DNA from: Patescibacteria group bacterium
GTDB taxonomy: Bacteria; Patescibacteriota; Minisyncoccia; Phycocordibacterales; Phycocordibacteraceae
NCBI GenBank assembly: GCA_040384705.1
Contig: JAZKIU010000001.1
Location: 229,675-293,674, forward strand
Length of the DNA: 64,000 bases
Direction of reading: 5' to 3'
A model generated the notes under the pieces. That model did no database searches, was not told the DNA's origin, and worked only from the letters and a program-made list of their open reading frames with translations. The translations under genes were made by a program, and so were the position numbers. This document shows, in pieces, positions 48,892-59,836 of the stretch (position 1 is its first letter; every line of letters begins with the position of its first letter).

Positions 48892-51800
48892 TGCGGACCG
48901 CGTATACCTCGCGCGTGCGATTCTTGGCAGCGCTCGTCCTGATGACTTTGGTCGTCATCGTCCTCTATCAGGCACTTACCGCACGCGCATTCTCGTCCGG
49001 TGCGGGTACCTGGGACGATCCGTACGTCGTCACTACCTGTGCGGAGCTCGAGAGCATAGGCTCCACGGCCGCCAACCGTCATGCGAATTACGTGCTCGGC
49101 AACGATATTGATTGCTCCAGCATCCCGAGCTACACGCCGATAGGTACTGCCAATAGCCCGTTCACCGGCCGCTTCGACGGCGCAGGGTACACCATCTCGC
49201 ACCTGACCGCAGGCAGCGCGTTCGCATCGTACGTCGGTGTATTCGGGCATGTATACGGCGGCGTCGTGCGGAACGTGCATGTGGATGACGCTGATATCCT
49301 CGGCGAGGATCATTTGGGCGCGGTCGTTGGGCAGCTGAACGCCGGTATGATCCTTGGGGTGCGGGTCACGAACTCCGCCATAGTCGTGAACGACGGACCT
49401 CGCGCAGGCGGCATCGTCGGGAACGCGACCGAATCCTATCTCAATACCGTCTCGGCGACCGGCACGAGCATAACGCTCACCAATGACACCGGGAGCAACA
49501 GCGGCATCGGCGGCATCGCGGGCGATGCGGATTTCACCAATATCACGAACGCGTATTCCGATGCGACCATCGCCGCTACCGGTGCGACCTTGGTCGGCGG
49601 CATCGTCGGCGGCTCGGCGCGCAACGTCGAGATCTCCGATTCCTATTTCGTCGGTACGGTAACCGGCACGAGCCTCGTGGGCGGTATTCTCGGGGGCGCA
49701 TCCACGGCATCAGCACCCATCACCGTGCGTTCATCGTATTTCTCCGGGGCCGCGACCGGCACCGCAGTTACGGCTATAGTGGGAGGCCTTGTCGGCAGCA
49801 TATCCGCTTCCGCATCCTTGATACAGGACTCCTTCTCGACTGGTGCGGTGTCGACAAGCACGAACGCCGGCGGCATCGTCGGCAGCTCGAACACCGCGGC
49901 GGCGAACTTCAGCAATCTCGTGTACTCCCGTGTCGGCACGACACGCTCGCGTTGCGAAGGGAACTCGCTGCCTTTAGGTGACGCTACCTATACATCCGGC
50001 CAATGCACCTTCCAGGATACGGACTCTTATTACAACAGCAGCAGCAATGCCCCGCTCTCGTCCTGGAACTTCACCGACATCTGGGAAACGGTCCCATCGA
50101 ACCGTCCGATACTCCGTGCATTCCCCTTCGTGGAGGCGACCTCCTATACATCAGTCGGCTCATGCGCCGCGCTGTCCGCAGCGCTACTCGACAATGCGAA
50201 CGGCTGGTACAGCCTCACAGGCGACATAGACTGCGCAGGAGATACCGCGCTCGCGCCCTTCGCCAGCACCTCGAGCAAGGCGTTCACGGGCAGACTCGAC
50301 GGGAACGGGCACACCATCGATGGCGTTTCGTACACCACAAGCGCTTCGGGGAACCATTATGGACTCTTCATAGCGGCATTCGGTGCTATCTTCGAGGACT
50401 TCACGCTTGCTGGTACCGGTATCGTTGCGGAGAACAAGACGGAAGTCGGCGGGCTCGCCGGCATCGGGAGCGGCAGCGTACTGCTGGGCGTGCATAGTAC
50501 GGTCCCGGTCGAGACCGGTTCGGGCGGCGACTACGTCATCGGCGGCCTGGTGGGCCAAGGCGGCGGGCTCATCATCGAGGACTCGAGCGTGAATGCCGAC
50601 GTGACGACCGACGGCTTCGGGTACGCGATAGGCGGGTTGGTCGGATTCGCCAACTATCTCCATGTAACGGACAGCCAGTACCTTGGGGGCACGGTTCGGG
50701 GCGGCGATACGGTCGGCGGCATCGTCGGGTTCGCGTCGGCCGTCTATATGGACTCGGTCGCAAGCGCGGGCACCATCACTGGCTCTTCCTATATGGGAGG
50801 CCTTGGAGGCGACGTGCTCGGGCCCTCTACCATCTCGAACTCGTCCTCGACGGCCAGCATCGTCGGGAACACCGACTACGATACCTTCTTCGGGAATATC
50901 GGCGGGCTGGTCGGGAGTGCATTCGATATCGCGTTCCTTAATGTCGTCTCGCAGAACCTCATAGATATCAGTGTCGGCGACGGAGCGGAAAGCGTCGGCG
51001 GCATCGCGGGGGTGATCGATAGCAGCGGATATACGATGACGAACGCGACCTCGACCGCAACCTTCGTCATTGCGGGGGACGCGGGCTCGTTCTGGGGGAG
51101 TATCGGCGGGCTTGTCGGCGGATCCTCCGGCCATACCTATAGCAATCTCTATGCCTCCACCACTATCGAAGTAGCAACGGCGCTCGCGCCTGCCGCTACC
51201 ATCGAGTCCATCGGCCTCATTCTCGGACTGAGCGATGGGGATACCATGGCCAGCAGCTCGGCTCTTGGAGCGATCGTGCTCCATGGCAATACGGCGAGCG
51301 GCGTCCTCAGCGATATTGGCGGCTTGGTCGGATCGATGAACGGATTCGACCACGCCGAGAACTTCGTTACGGCGGACATCGATATCACCGGCTTCAATGT
51401 ATCGAATATCGGCGGATACGCAGGCTCCGCATATGGCATCGGCTCCACACTCACGACTTCGTACGCCACGACCACCGTCACCATCCTTTCCTCGACGCCG
51501 AGCAGTATCGGCGGGTTCTTCGGGGATTTCACCAGCGCGGGGATAACGGAAACGTTCGCTCTGGGCTCGCTCGATATAACGGCCGGGCAAGGAGGCACGG
51601 GCCATGGCACACGCACAGGCGGCTTCGTCGGGAGCGCGTCGGGCGGCACGTTCGAGAACGTATACACTGCCGTGGATATATCGCTTACGGAGAATACTGC
51701 TTCTGGGAATGGCTCATCGTTCGGCGGCTTCGTCGGGTATCTCGCAGGGCTCGTCACGCTCGATAACGTGTACGCTTCGGGCGATCTTATATTCACGGCT

Positions 51801-54329
51801 TCCGGAGGCTCGACCGTTAACAGAATCGGTGGCCTCCTCGGAGAGTCTGCGGCCGCTACGAACGCCATATCGAATAGTTTCAGCGCAGGTGCGGTCACGC
51901 CGATAATCGGCTCGCTCCAGGTCGGTGGGTTCTTGGGCTTGCATAACGGCAGCGAGACGCTTGATAATAATCACTATGACGTCACGCGTTCGGGACAGGC
52001 CTTCTGTACGCAGACTGATGAAGCCTGGTGCACAGGCGACAACGTGGGCTCGGCGGACTCCGACTATTTCTATGATGATGCGAACGAGCCGATGGCGAGC
52101 TGGGACTTCAGTGCCGTCTGGGATTCCCACGATGATACGCATCCGACGTTCGAGTACTTCGCTTCCCTGTTCGGTCCAGGCGCAGAGGACGGAGGGGGAG
52201 CGACCGCGCCCACGATGACGGCCAGTGCCGCGTCCGCGGTCACGGATACCACGGCGACGCTTAACGGGAACATCACTGCCGTCGGTTCCGCGACACCGAC
52301 CGCTCGTGGCTTTGAGTACGGCCTCACGACCGCGTACGGCGCGACGACGACGGAAGCAGGGAGCTTCTCGACCGGAGCGTACACCGCATCCGCGTCGAGT
52401 CTCACATGCAATACCGCGTATCATTTCCGCTCGTACGCGACGAGCGCGGACGGCACCGGCTACAGCGCTGACGACACATTTACGACGAGCGCGTGCACAG
52501 GAGGCGGAGGCGGTGGAGGGAACGGTAGCGGCAGGAGGGAGATAGAGCCGCCCGTCATCTCGAACGTGAGGAGTACCATCACAGACGGAAGCGTCCGGAT
52601 AACGTGGGACACGGATACTCCCGCGTCGACGCAGATAGTATACGGACCGACGCAGTGCCTCGGCCTTTCGACCCCGGAATCCAATACGGGCACGAGCCGT
52701 ACGACCAAGCATGTGGTCGTGCTTCCGACGTTCGCCTGCAGGAACAGTGCCCACTTCTCCGCGCTGTCGGTAGACGCGCATGGGAACAGGAGCGTTTCCC
52801 CCGGACATTCCAATAATCTATTGCTGTGCCCAGCGTTCTCTCCGCCGCCGAGCCCCTCGCTTCTTAGTTGTCCCTATCCGCAGCCAGCTGTGCCTGTGCC
52901 AACTCCAGTGCCAGTAGCGCCCGCGCCCGCGATAAGCAGTCCTGTAGTGGAGATTCCAATCCCGCCCGCAAGCGAAATCGAACCGACGGTCATCGTCAAC
53001 GGAGGGAATCCAATTACGAACGATCCGATAGTGGGTGTACAGGTAACGCCTCCGGCAGGCACGGTCGCCTTCGTACTCTTCGATGCCGAAGATCCCTCCC
53101 ATACGGTATCGGTGCCGGTAGCCGTCGGAACCGTGGTCGTGGACCAGGAATGGGAGCTCTGCACCAATGCTTCAGCGTGTACGGGCGGGGAGCACACGCT
53201 CGCAGTATTCTTCATCGACGCGAGTGGGGCGGAATCGACCGTGATACGCCGCACCGTTACGCTCGTGAGCGGGAGGGAAGAACCGACAGCTATTTCCGCT
53301 GGCACTGAAGGAGATTCGATATTCACGCGGATAGCGGCAGGCATTGAGCGCATACTGACGGATGGCTCCCGAGCAGTCGCTCCTGTCCTCGCCTTGCTAC
53401 CTGCGGCGGGTATCGCCACGAGCGCGCTTGGAATCATCTGGGCCCTCGCTTCGCGGCTGCGTTCGCTTAGCGATATACCGATGCTTGCATATCGCGCGTT
53501 CGCTACGATATTCGGGTTCGGGTACCTGCGCAGGCGTGACAGGGCGTGGGGAACCGTGTACGACAGCCGGACGCGCCGCCCGCTCGACCCTGCGGTCGTC
53601 ACCCTGCATGACGCATCCGGGAAGGATATGAAGACGGTCATCACTGATCTCGACGGACGATTCGCCTTCCTGGCAGATGCAGGCACGTATTCCATCACCG
53701 CCGCGAAGGGCCATCATTCATTCCCTGCGCAGAACCTTCCCGCTATCGATCCGCTCTATCCATACCCATACACGGGCGGACCGATACCGGTGGGAGAGGA
53801 GGGCGTCATCGTGAAGGATATCCCACTCGACCCGGTCGATTTCGACTGGAACGAGTACGAGAAATACCGCCGCGGCCTCTACCGGTTCTTCTCCCGCTTC
53901 GACCGTCCGCTCGCGTACGCCGCCCTCATCCTCACCCCGCTCGGCGCGCTCATTTCGCTCGTTGCTGCGGTCCTCGAGCCATCGGTCATCAATATCGTGT
54001 TCCTCTTCCTCTATGCGCTCATCGGGCTCCTCTATTACGTCGCCGGGTTCGCTCCTCGCGTCTACGGCATGCTGCTTGACGCCACTGGGCAGCCGCTCGC
54101 GTTCGCCGTCGTGAAGGCGTTCCGTCCGGGTGCGACCTCGACCGGCATCCATGTGGTGGCTGACCATCTCGGCCGCTACTACCTCCTCCTGCCGCGCGAA
54201 AGCGAGTTCGATATCCAAGTGGAGATGCGTGCTGGCGAAGAAGCGTATACGCCCGTCTTCCGCGAGCGACTCACGGGATTGAAGGGGCACCTCAATCGTC
54301 ACATCCGCGTACCGCTCGATTTACCGTAG
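48888..54329 (+). CDS. 1813-aa surface protein: GLUG-type repeats, FN3-like domains, TM, carboxypeptidase-regulatory-like domains
   Basis: GAGTWDDPYVVTTC.EL, F.G.FDG.G.TI, many (V/I)GG(L/I)VG repeats; ATLNG..RGFEYG..AYG; WGTVYDS..PLDPAVV. Confidence 0.85.
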   Translation: MMRTAYTSRVRFLAALVLMTLVVIVLYQALTARAFSSGAGTWDDPYVVTTCAELESIGSTAANRHANYVLGNDIDCSSIPSYTPIGTANSPFTGRFDGAGYTISHLTAGSAFASYVGVFGHVYGGVVRNVHVDDADILGEDHLGAVVGQLNAGMILGVRVTNSAIVVNDGPRAGGIVGNATESYLNTVSATGTSITLTNDTGSNSGIGGIAGDADFTNITNAYSDATIAATGATLVGGIVGGSARNVEISDSYFVGTVTGTSLVGGILGGASTASAPITVRSSYFSGAATGTAVTAIVGGLVGSISASASLIQDSFSTGAVSTSTNAGGIVGSSNTAAANFSNLVYSRVGTTRSRCEGNSLPLGDATYTSGQCTFQDTDSYYNSSSNAPLSSWNFTDIWETVPSNRPILRAFPFVEATSYTSVGSCAALSAALLDNANGWYSLTGDIDCAGDTALAPFASTSSKAFTGRLDGNGHTIDGVSYTTSASGNHYGLFIAAFGAIFEDFTLAGTGIVAENKTEVGGLAGIGSGSVLLGVHSTVPVETGSGGDYVIGGLVGQGGGLIIEDSSVNADVTTDGFGYAIGGLVGFANYLHVTDSQYLGGTVRGGDTVGGIVGFASAVYMDSVASAGTITGSSYMGGLGGDVLGPSTISNSSSTASIVGNTDYDTFFGNIGGLVGSAFDIAFLNVVSQNLIDISVGDGAESVGGIAGVIDSSGYTMTNATSTATFVIAGDAGSFWGSIGGLVGGSSGHTYSNLYASTTIEVATALAPAATIESIGLILGLSDGDTMASSSALGAIVLHGNTASGVLSDIGGLVGSMNGFDHAENFVTADIDITGFNVSNIGGYAGSAYGIGSTLTTSYATTTVTILSSTPSSIGGFFGDFTSAGITETFALGSLDITAGQGGTGHGTRTGGFVGSASGGTFENVYTAVDISLTENTASGNGSSFGGFVGYLAGLVTLDNVYASGDLIFTASGGSTVNRIGGLLGESAAATNAISNSFSAGAVTPIIGSLQVGGFLGLHNGSETLDNNHYDVTRSGQAFCTQTDEAWCTGDNVGSADSDYFYDDANEPMASWDFSAVWDSHDDTHPTFEYFASLFGPGAEDGGGATAPTMTASAASAVTDTTATLNGNITAVGSATPTARGFEYGLTTAYGATTTEAGSFSTGAYTASASSLTCNTAYHFRSYATSADGTGYSADDTFTTSACTGGGGGGGNGSGRREIEPPVISNVRSTITDGSVRITWDTDTPASTQIVYGPTQCLGLSTPESNTGTSRTTKHVVVLPTFACRNSAHFSALSVDAHGNRSVSPGHSNNLLLCPAFSPPPSPSLLSCPYPQPAVPVPTPVPVAPAPAISSPVVEIPIPPASEIEPTVIVNGGNPITNDPIVGVQVTPPAGTVAFVLFDAEDPSHTVSVPVAVGTVVVDQEWELCTNASACTGGEHTLAVFFIDASGAESTVIRRTVTLVSGREEPTAISAGTEGDSIFTRIAAGIERILTDGSRAVAPVLALLPAAGIATSALGIIWALASRLRSLSDIPMLAYRAFATIFGFGYLRRRDRAWGTVYDSRTRRPLDPAVVTLHDASGKDMKTVITDLDGRFAFLADAGTYSITAAKGHHSFPAQNLPAIDPLYPYPYTGGPIPVGEEGVIVKDIPLDPVDFDWNEYEKYRRGLYRFFSRFDRPLAYAALILTPLGALISLVAAVLEPSVINIVFLFLYALIGLLYYVAGFAPRVYGMLLDATGQPLAFAVVKAFRPGATSTGIHVVADHLGRYYLLLPRESEFDIQVEMRAGEEAYTPVFRERLTGLKGHLNRHIRVPLDLP

Positions 54330-54520
54330 AGAATTTATCCACAGGTTGTCAACAGTTTTGGACTTCATTGACGCCTCATATACCGAGTGCCACAATTCAT
54401 CACAGGTACACATGGTACGGCGTCCATGCATAATGGATGCGGTGAAGTTCGGCGCGATGGGCTCGCGCAACAGGATTTTTATCAAGCGTTACGCAGACGT
54501 GCGCACTTAATCCATTACCC

Positions 54521-57500
54521 ATGAAAAAGAATGATGCTCGTATGACGGCACTCCGCAAGTCTCTTGCGGTATTTAATGCTGGTCTCCTCATGTTCGCGCT
54601 CGTCGCGATCAATTCCCCTCTCATTGCCATCGCACAGACGACGGACGTCACTCCTGCAGTCGAGCCCGTCGAGGAGGTAGTGCCAGAGACAGAAGAATCG
54701 ATACTGCCGCCTGCGGACGATATCGTCCCACCAGCAGACGATGTGGCACTCGTGCCGCCCGAAGAAGGCGTCGTTCCTCCTCAGGAGGAAGTCCCTCCGG
54801 TAGTAGAGGAGACGGTAGAACCGGTACTTGAACGTGCCGCCGAAGTGCTAGAGGAGGCCGTCCTCATAGACGAAGGGCCTCAGTGCATCATTCTGAGCGA
54901 CACGACGACGCTCGAGGGAGGCGACGCATCTGTCGAGGTATCGCCCTTGAACGCGGGTTGGACCGCGGTAGTCGACGTGCTTGCGAAGTGGATATGGGGC
55001 GAGAACCCTGTCGCTGACCCGATCAACGACGTCACCGAGGTATTCACCAAGACTTTCTCCATCACGGATGACTCGTCGGGGGGTACGCTCATCGTCGCAG
55101 CCGATAACTCGTATACCGTCATGCTCGACGGCAACCCTATCGGGAACCCGAACGATTCCGACGACGAGGATAACTACCATGCCGGGAAGGAGGACACGAT
55201 AGCCATTTCCGCTGCGGCGCTCGGAGCGGGAAGTCACACGCTCACCTTCACGGTGAAGAACTGGGGGCAGGCGAATGGAACCGCTGCGAAGAATCCTGCA
55301 GGACTCAAGTACAAGCTCACCATCGATGAGACGGACTGCGGAACGCCTCCTCCGCCACGCGAGCAGTGCGTGCTCGTGAGCGATACGACGACGCTCGAGG
55401 GTGGTACCGCATCTGCGCTCGTCACGTTCATTCATAATTCGTGGACCGCGCTCATCCAGAGCGCCTCCTGGATATGGGGCGAGGACCCAGCGACCGATAC
55501 GGCCGCGGGCAAGACTGAGATCTTCACCAAGACGTTCTGGCTTGATGGGGCAGTCGCAAGCTCGACGCTCCTCATCGCGGCCGATAACGGCTATACCGTG
55601 GAGCTGAACGGTGTAGAAGTGGGTGCAGACCCGCAGGAGAAGAACTACACCGCGGCAGGGCAGGACGTCATCACGATCGATGCGGGCGACTTCAACGTCG
55701 GCGCCAATACGCTCGTGTTCACCGTCGATAACTTCCCGCTCGCCAACGGAACCTCGCAGACCAACCCGGGTGGCCTCCTCTACAGGCTCACCATCGACGG
55801 GACGGAGTGCGATGACGTACCGCCCGCGCAAGAGACCGCGACGGTGTACATCATGAAGTACCTCAAGACCGCCAACGGCACAGAGCAGGTACTCGATGGC
55901 TCCGGCGCGCCCGCATTCCCGATGACCGCGTCATGGAATGCGACTAATATAGGCGCGGGCTCCGGAGGCTACACGCTCACCGCACCGACCTATGGCGCGA
56001 CCACGTCCGCTATGTCGTCTCCCGCAGACTACACGACGTCCGAAGTCACCGACGGAAGCGTCGTGCTCCCGGCCAATACGCCCGACGAGCAATGCACGCC
56101 AGGGAAGTACCGCCTAGTCGGCTACAAGTCCGGATTCACCCTTACTGACGCCCAGAATGCAGCGGTGAGCGCGACCGCCCCGGTATACACCGACATCACC
56201 TCCGACCGCTACATCATCGTGGTGAACGAGGATTGCGACGAACTGAACGAGGACCCGGACCCTACGACCCTCCAGGTGCATATCTACAAGCATCTCAAGG
56301 ATGAGCAGTCGACGGGGCAGGTTTCGAACGGAGCGAACGTGCCTGACTTCCCTATGACCGCTACCTGGACGACCGCGAACCTCAACGGAGGGGCGACGAC
56401 GAGCGGCGCGTACGTGCTCGGGAACAGCCATGGAGGAGCGACCTTCGAGCACGCGGCCAATACTTCGCCTATGCAAGCTCCCGCTGACTACACCACCTCC
56501 GAAGTCACGGACGGTTCGGTTGTCATCGCGAACGGCCAGCAGTGCGTCGCGGACAAGTACCGTCTCGTCGGCTACAAGTGGGGAACCACGTACGCGGAAG
56601 CTGTCGCGACCACGACGGTAACCGTGGCAGCACCTGAGTTCACCGACCTAACGAGCGACCGCTACGTCATCGTCGTGAACGAGGATTGTGATGATGTTCT
56701 GGACGACGGGGAGCCGACCGGTCCCGACGAGCAGACCATCGTCATCACCGGCAATACGTCGGGAGGCGAGAACCAGCTCGGTTGGTTGTTCAATCGCGAT
56801 ACCAACACCCAGTCACCGTACGCCTTCCAGGCGGGTAACGCAGCGACCGGTACGGGCAGTCTCTACGTGTCCCCGATAACGAACACGATAAACGGGAACA
56901 ACGATAAGTTCATCGGTGAGCTCTTCCTCCAGGAACAGATAGCCGATATCGATAGCATCTCGTACGACTTCAAGATCGGTACCCCGGACAGCACCGTAGA
57001 AGAGCAGTTCTACATGAGCGTCTACGCGAACTTCGGCGAGTCGAGCCCGACCAAGTTCTACGATTGCCGCTACAACGTCGTTCCTTCGACCGGTTCGACC
57101 GGAGGCTTCACGACGGTCACCTTCGACCCATCGCAGGTCTATGGAGTAACCCAGCACGGCACTTCCCCTCATCCTTGCCCTGCAACGCCATCCGGCATGG
57201 ATGCGCTCACCACCGGCTCCTCGACCATTCGCGTGATCGCGTTGAACGTAGGGGACACTACCGGAAGCGATACTGGTGTCAGCGGGTACCTCGACAAGGT
57301 GATAGTCGCGCTGAACGATCTCATCACTACGTATGACTTCGAGCCGGCACCAATTGTTCCGGGTAACGATGGCGACAATAACCGTAGCGGTGGAGGTGGA
57401 GGTGGGGGCGGAGGCTCCAGTTCCTCGGCAGCGCGAACCGGCTCGGTGCTCGGTGCGACAACCGACGCGGTCTGCAGCGCGCTCCTCTCGACCTTCATGA

Positions 57501-57790
57501 GGATGGGAACGACGAACGATGCGACCGAGGTTCTTGAGCTCCAAGGCTTCCTCAACGAGCACATGGGAGCAGGACTGCCCCTCACCGGCTTCTTCGGAGC
57601 CATGACGGACGCGGCGGTGCACGCCTTCCAGAAGAAGCACTGGGAAGATGTGCTCAAGCCATGGTTCCCATATCCTGCTGAGGGTATCCATGATGCGGAC
57701 GATTCCACGGGCTACGTGTACAAGACGACGCAGTGGAAGATAAACGACATCTACTGCCCGGACATAGCGCCGTTCCCACCGCTCCCGTAA
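54521..57790 (+). CDS. 1089-aa secreted protein with two pairs of repeated domains and a C-terminal PG-binding domain
   Basis: Signal peptide; 2x WIWGE..FTKTF..AADN; 2x FPMTA.W..YRLVGYK..VVNEDC; EVLELQGFLN..TGFFG..T.AAV.AFQ. Confidence 0.85.
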   Translation: MKKNDARMTALRKSLAVFNAGLLMFALVAINSPLIAIAQTTDVTPAVEPVEEVVPETEESILPPADDIVPPADDVALVPPEEGVVPPQEEVPPVVEETVEPVLERAAEVLEEAVLIDEGPQCIILSDTTTLEGGDASVEVSPLNAGWTAVVDVLAKWIWGENPVADPINDVTEVFTKTFSITDDSSGGTLIVAADNSYTVMLDGNPIGNPNDSDDEDNYHAGKEDTIAISAAALGAGSHTLTFTVKNWGQANGTAAKNPAGLKYKLTIDETDCGTPPPPREQCVLVSDTTTLEGGTASALVTFIHNSWTALIQSASWIWGEDPATDTAAGKTEIFTKTFWLDGAVASSTLLIAADNGYTVELNGVEVGADPQEKNYTAAGQDVITIDAGDFNVGANTLVFTVDNFPLANGTSQTNPGGLLYRLTIDGTECDDVPPAQETATVYIMKYLKTANGTEQVLDGSGAPAFPMTASWNATNIGAGSGGYTLTAPTYGATTSAMSSPADYTTSEVTDGSVVLPANTPDEQCTPGKYRLVGYKSGFTLTDAQNAAVSATAPVYTDITSDRYIIVVNEDCDELNEDPDPTTLQVHIYKHLKDEQSTGQVSNGANVPDFPMTATWTTANLNGGATTSGAYVLGNSHGGATFEHAANTSPMQAPADYTTSEVTDGSVVIANGQQCVADKYRLVGYKWGTTYAEAVATTTVTVAAPEFTDLTSDRYVIVVNEDCDDVLDDGEPTGPDEQTIVITGNTSGGENQLGWLFNRDTNTQSPYAFQAGNAATGTGSLYVSPITNTINGNNDKFIGELFLQEQIADIDSISYDFKIGTPDSTVEEQFYMSVYANFGESSPTKFYDCRYNVVPSTGSTGGFTTVTFDPSQVYGVTQHGTSPHPCPATPSGMDALTTGSSTIRVIALNVGDTTGSDTGVSGYLDKVIVALNDLITTYDFEPAPIVPGNDGDNNRSGGGGGGGGGSSSSAARTGSVLGATTDAVCSALLSTFMRMGTTNDATEVLELQGFLNEHMGAGLPLTGFFGAMTDAAVHAFQKKHWEDVLKPWFPYPAEGIHDADDSTGYVYKTTQWKINDIYCPDIAPFPPLP

Positions 57791-57866
57791 TCGGGCGGTA
57801 GAAGGAATGCACAAGGCCCCGCTTGCGGGGTCTTGTCGTATCTAAAACGAATGGTAAAATAATTCC

Positions 57867-58859
57867 GTGAAAAGGAAGCACCTCCATCCTGCCCATCGTG
57901 TGTTCAGCGTCGTCGGCATGACGCTCGTGACCCTGTTCGCGGTCGCGCTCCTCGGCGCCACCGCGTTCTACGCACGCACCATGCTCACCTCGGACAACAT
58001 GGCCGCGGTCATCTCCGCCGTCCTTGTCGACCTTACCAACGAGGACCGCAAGGACGAGGACCTCGGTACGCTCACGAGGAACTCTGTTCTCGACGCAGCC
58101 GCGCAAGCGAAGGCGGACGATATGGCGGAGAAAGGATACTTCGCGCACAACTCGCCTGACGGGAAGACCTCCTGGCACTGGTTCCGGGAAGCGGGGTATT
58201 CCTTCTCGTACGCGGGCGAGAATCTCGCGGTCGACTTCGATGACTCGGATGATGTCGAGGAGGCATGGATGGACTCGCCGACGCACCGTGCGAACATACT
58301 CAACGGCAAGTTCACGGAGATAGGCATAGCGACGGCGGTAGGGACATACAAGGGGCAGAAGACGACGTTCGTCGTGCAGATGTTCGGGACCCCGGCAAAG
58401 ACGACGGCTGCCGCTCCGGTAGTGTCGGTAACTGAGCCGACAGCCGCGGAGGATATTGCCATAGGTACCACCGAGGTGCTCGGAGAGGCGGCGGGGGAGC
58501 CAGAGCAAGCCGTGGCTGCTGAGAAAACGGAAGTCGCGCCCGCAGCTTCTATACGGAACGAGAACGTGGAGGCTCCACCGGTAGTCACGCAAGCGGACGC
58601 TCCCTCATACGCTTCTACGCTCGGGCACTTCGCCGCGTCTCCCAAGATGCTGCTGCGAACGCTCTACGTGCTGAGTGCCCTGCTGCTTCTCGCGCTCCTC
58701 GTTCTGGTGACCCGCCTCGAGCTCAAGCGCCATCATGCGCCGCACGTGCTCGCCGCGAGCTTCCTCATCGTGATGATGACCGGGCTCTTCGTGGCGGCGG
58801 ATAGGTATGTGTTTAATTCTCCGACCATAGGCGCAGGCTCGGACGAGCCGCTCGGATAG
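57867..58859 (+). CDS. CAP (SCP) domain protein
   Basis: LTN..R, AAQAKADDM, YFAH, AGENLA, WMDSPTHRANIL. Confidence 0.92.
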   Translation: MKRKHLHPAHRVFSVVGMTLVTLFAVALLGATAFYARTMLTSDNMAAVISAVLVDLTNEDRKDEDLGTLTRNSVLDAAAQAKADDMAEKGYFAHNSPDGKTSWHWFREAGYSFSYAGENLAVDFDDSDDVEEAWMDSPTHRANILNGKFTEIGIATAVGTYKGQKTTFVVQMFGTPAKTTAAAPVVSVTEPTAAEDIAIGTTEVLGEAAGEPEQAVAAEKTEVAPAASIRNENVEAPPVVTQADAPSYASTLGHFAASPKMLLRTLYVLSALLLLALLVLVTRLELKRHHAPHVLAASFLIVMMTGLFVAADRYVFNSPTIGAGSDEPLG

Positions 58860-58861
58860 CT

Positions 58862-59338
58862 ATGCGTACCCGGCTCCTCATCGCTGCGCTCGCTCTCGTC
58901 ATCGTCGTACTCGCCGCGCTGCTTATCTATACCCGTGCCCACGCGCCCGCTGAGTCGGTCGTCGCAGATACGGTAGTCAGCAAGGCGGAAGCGCTTCCGG
59001 GCGAGATAGAGGTCGTGGATACGCAGGAGAAGCGAATGCTTGGACTCTCGGGAAGAAAGGATATCGCGGACGACTACGGCATGCTTTTCGTATTCGACGC
59101 GGCAGGGAAGCACGGGTTCTGGATGAAGGACATGCTCTTCACTATCGATATCGTCTGGCTTTCCGATGATGGCACGATCGTGCACGTCGAGCATTCGGTC
59201 CCTCCTTCCAGCTACCCAAGCGTGCTCGTTACGCCGGTGCCCGCTTCGTTCGCACTTGAGACCAATGCTGGATATGCGAAGGAACATGGATGGGATACCG
59301 GCACAAAGCTCGACATCTCCAAGTACCAGTCCAATTGA
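58862..59338 (+). CDS. DUF192 family protein
   Basis: GLSGR, GMLFVF, FWMKDM, DIVW, LETNAG. Confidence 0.92.
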   Translation: MRTRLLIAALALVIVVLAALLIYTRAHAPAESVVADTVVSKAEALPGEIEVVDTQEKRMLGLSGRKDIADDYGMLFVFDAAGKHGFWMKDMLFTIDIVWLSDDGTIVHVEHSVPPSSYPSVLVTPVPASFALETNAGYAKEHGWDTGTKLDISKYQSN

Positions 59339-59366
59339 AAAGACTCGCCGCAAGGCGAGTCTTTTC
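59337..59366. terminator. bidirectional terminator
   Basis: gaaaagactcgcc-gcaa-ggcgagtcttttc. Confidence 0.85.
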
Positions 59367-59375
59367 ATGTATAGC

Positions 59376-59703
59376 GGACCCGGGCCATAAGCCGAATTCT
59401 GTACTCGTGTCTCCACGAGCGATGACCATCTATCTGGGACTATCGTTACCGATAGCCTCGAGCGGCGCTCCCCGAAGGGCACGGCCTTGCACAGTGGTAA
59501 GGATTTAGCCGTTTCAATCCCGCATCTCGGCGGGCCTGGCCCCGAAGGGCCTCCTTGGCTTTCGCCGCGGACGTCTCTGTTCGCACCTCGCGCCTTGCGG
59601 CGGACGGGCGTTACCCGCTACCGTGCTGCCGCACGAATGCGGCCTGTGTTCGGACTTTCCTCTACGCACCTTGCGGTACGCAGCGATCATCAGACCCGGG
59701 TCC
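59376..59703 (-). ncRNA. rnpB: RNase P RNA
   Basis: Minus strand has GAGGAAAGTCC and ACAGAATTCGGCTTA; P1 helix ggacccggg/cccgggtcc; TATAAT just upstream. Confidence 0.95.
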
Positions 59704-59836
59704 AGATGGATTATACGACACTATGACTTTTCCACAACCAGCTTACTTCATGAAGCGCTCGTCCCCAGCCGCGGGCGCTGAGCGAAGCCTTCCGAGCTAT
59801 AATCAGTCCATTAGTAGGGCTGTGTAATAGGAAACC

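Noticed and set aside
48104-57790. Genomic island integrated at tRNA-Ser
   Set aside because: No integrase, no duplicated tRNA 3' end found, and no obvious compositional shift
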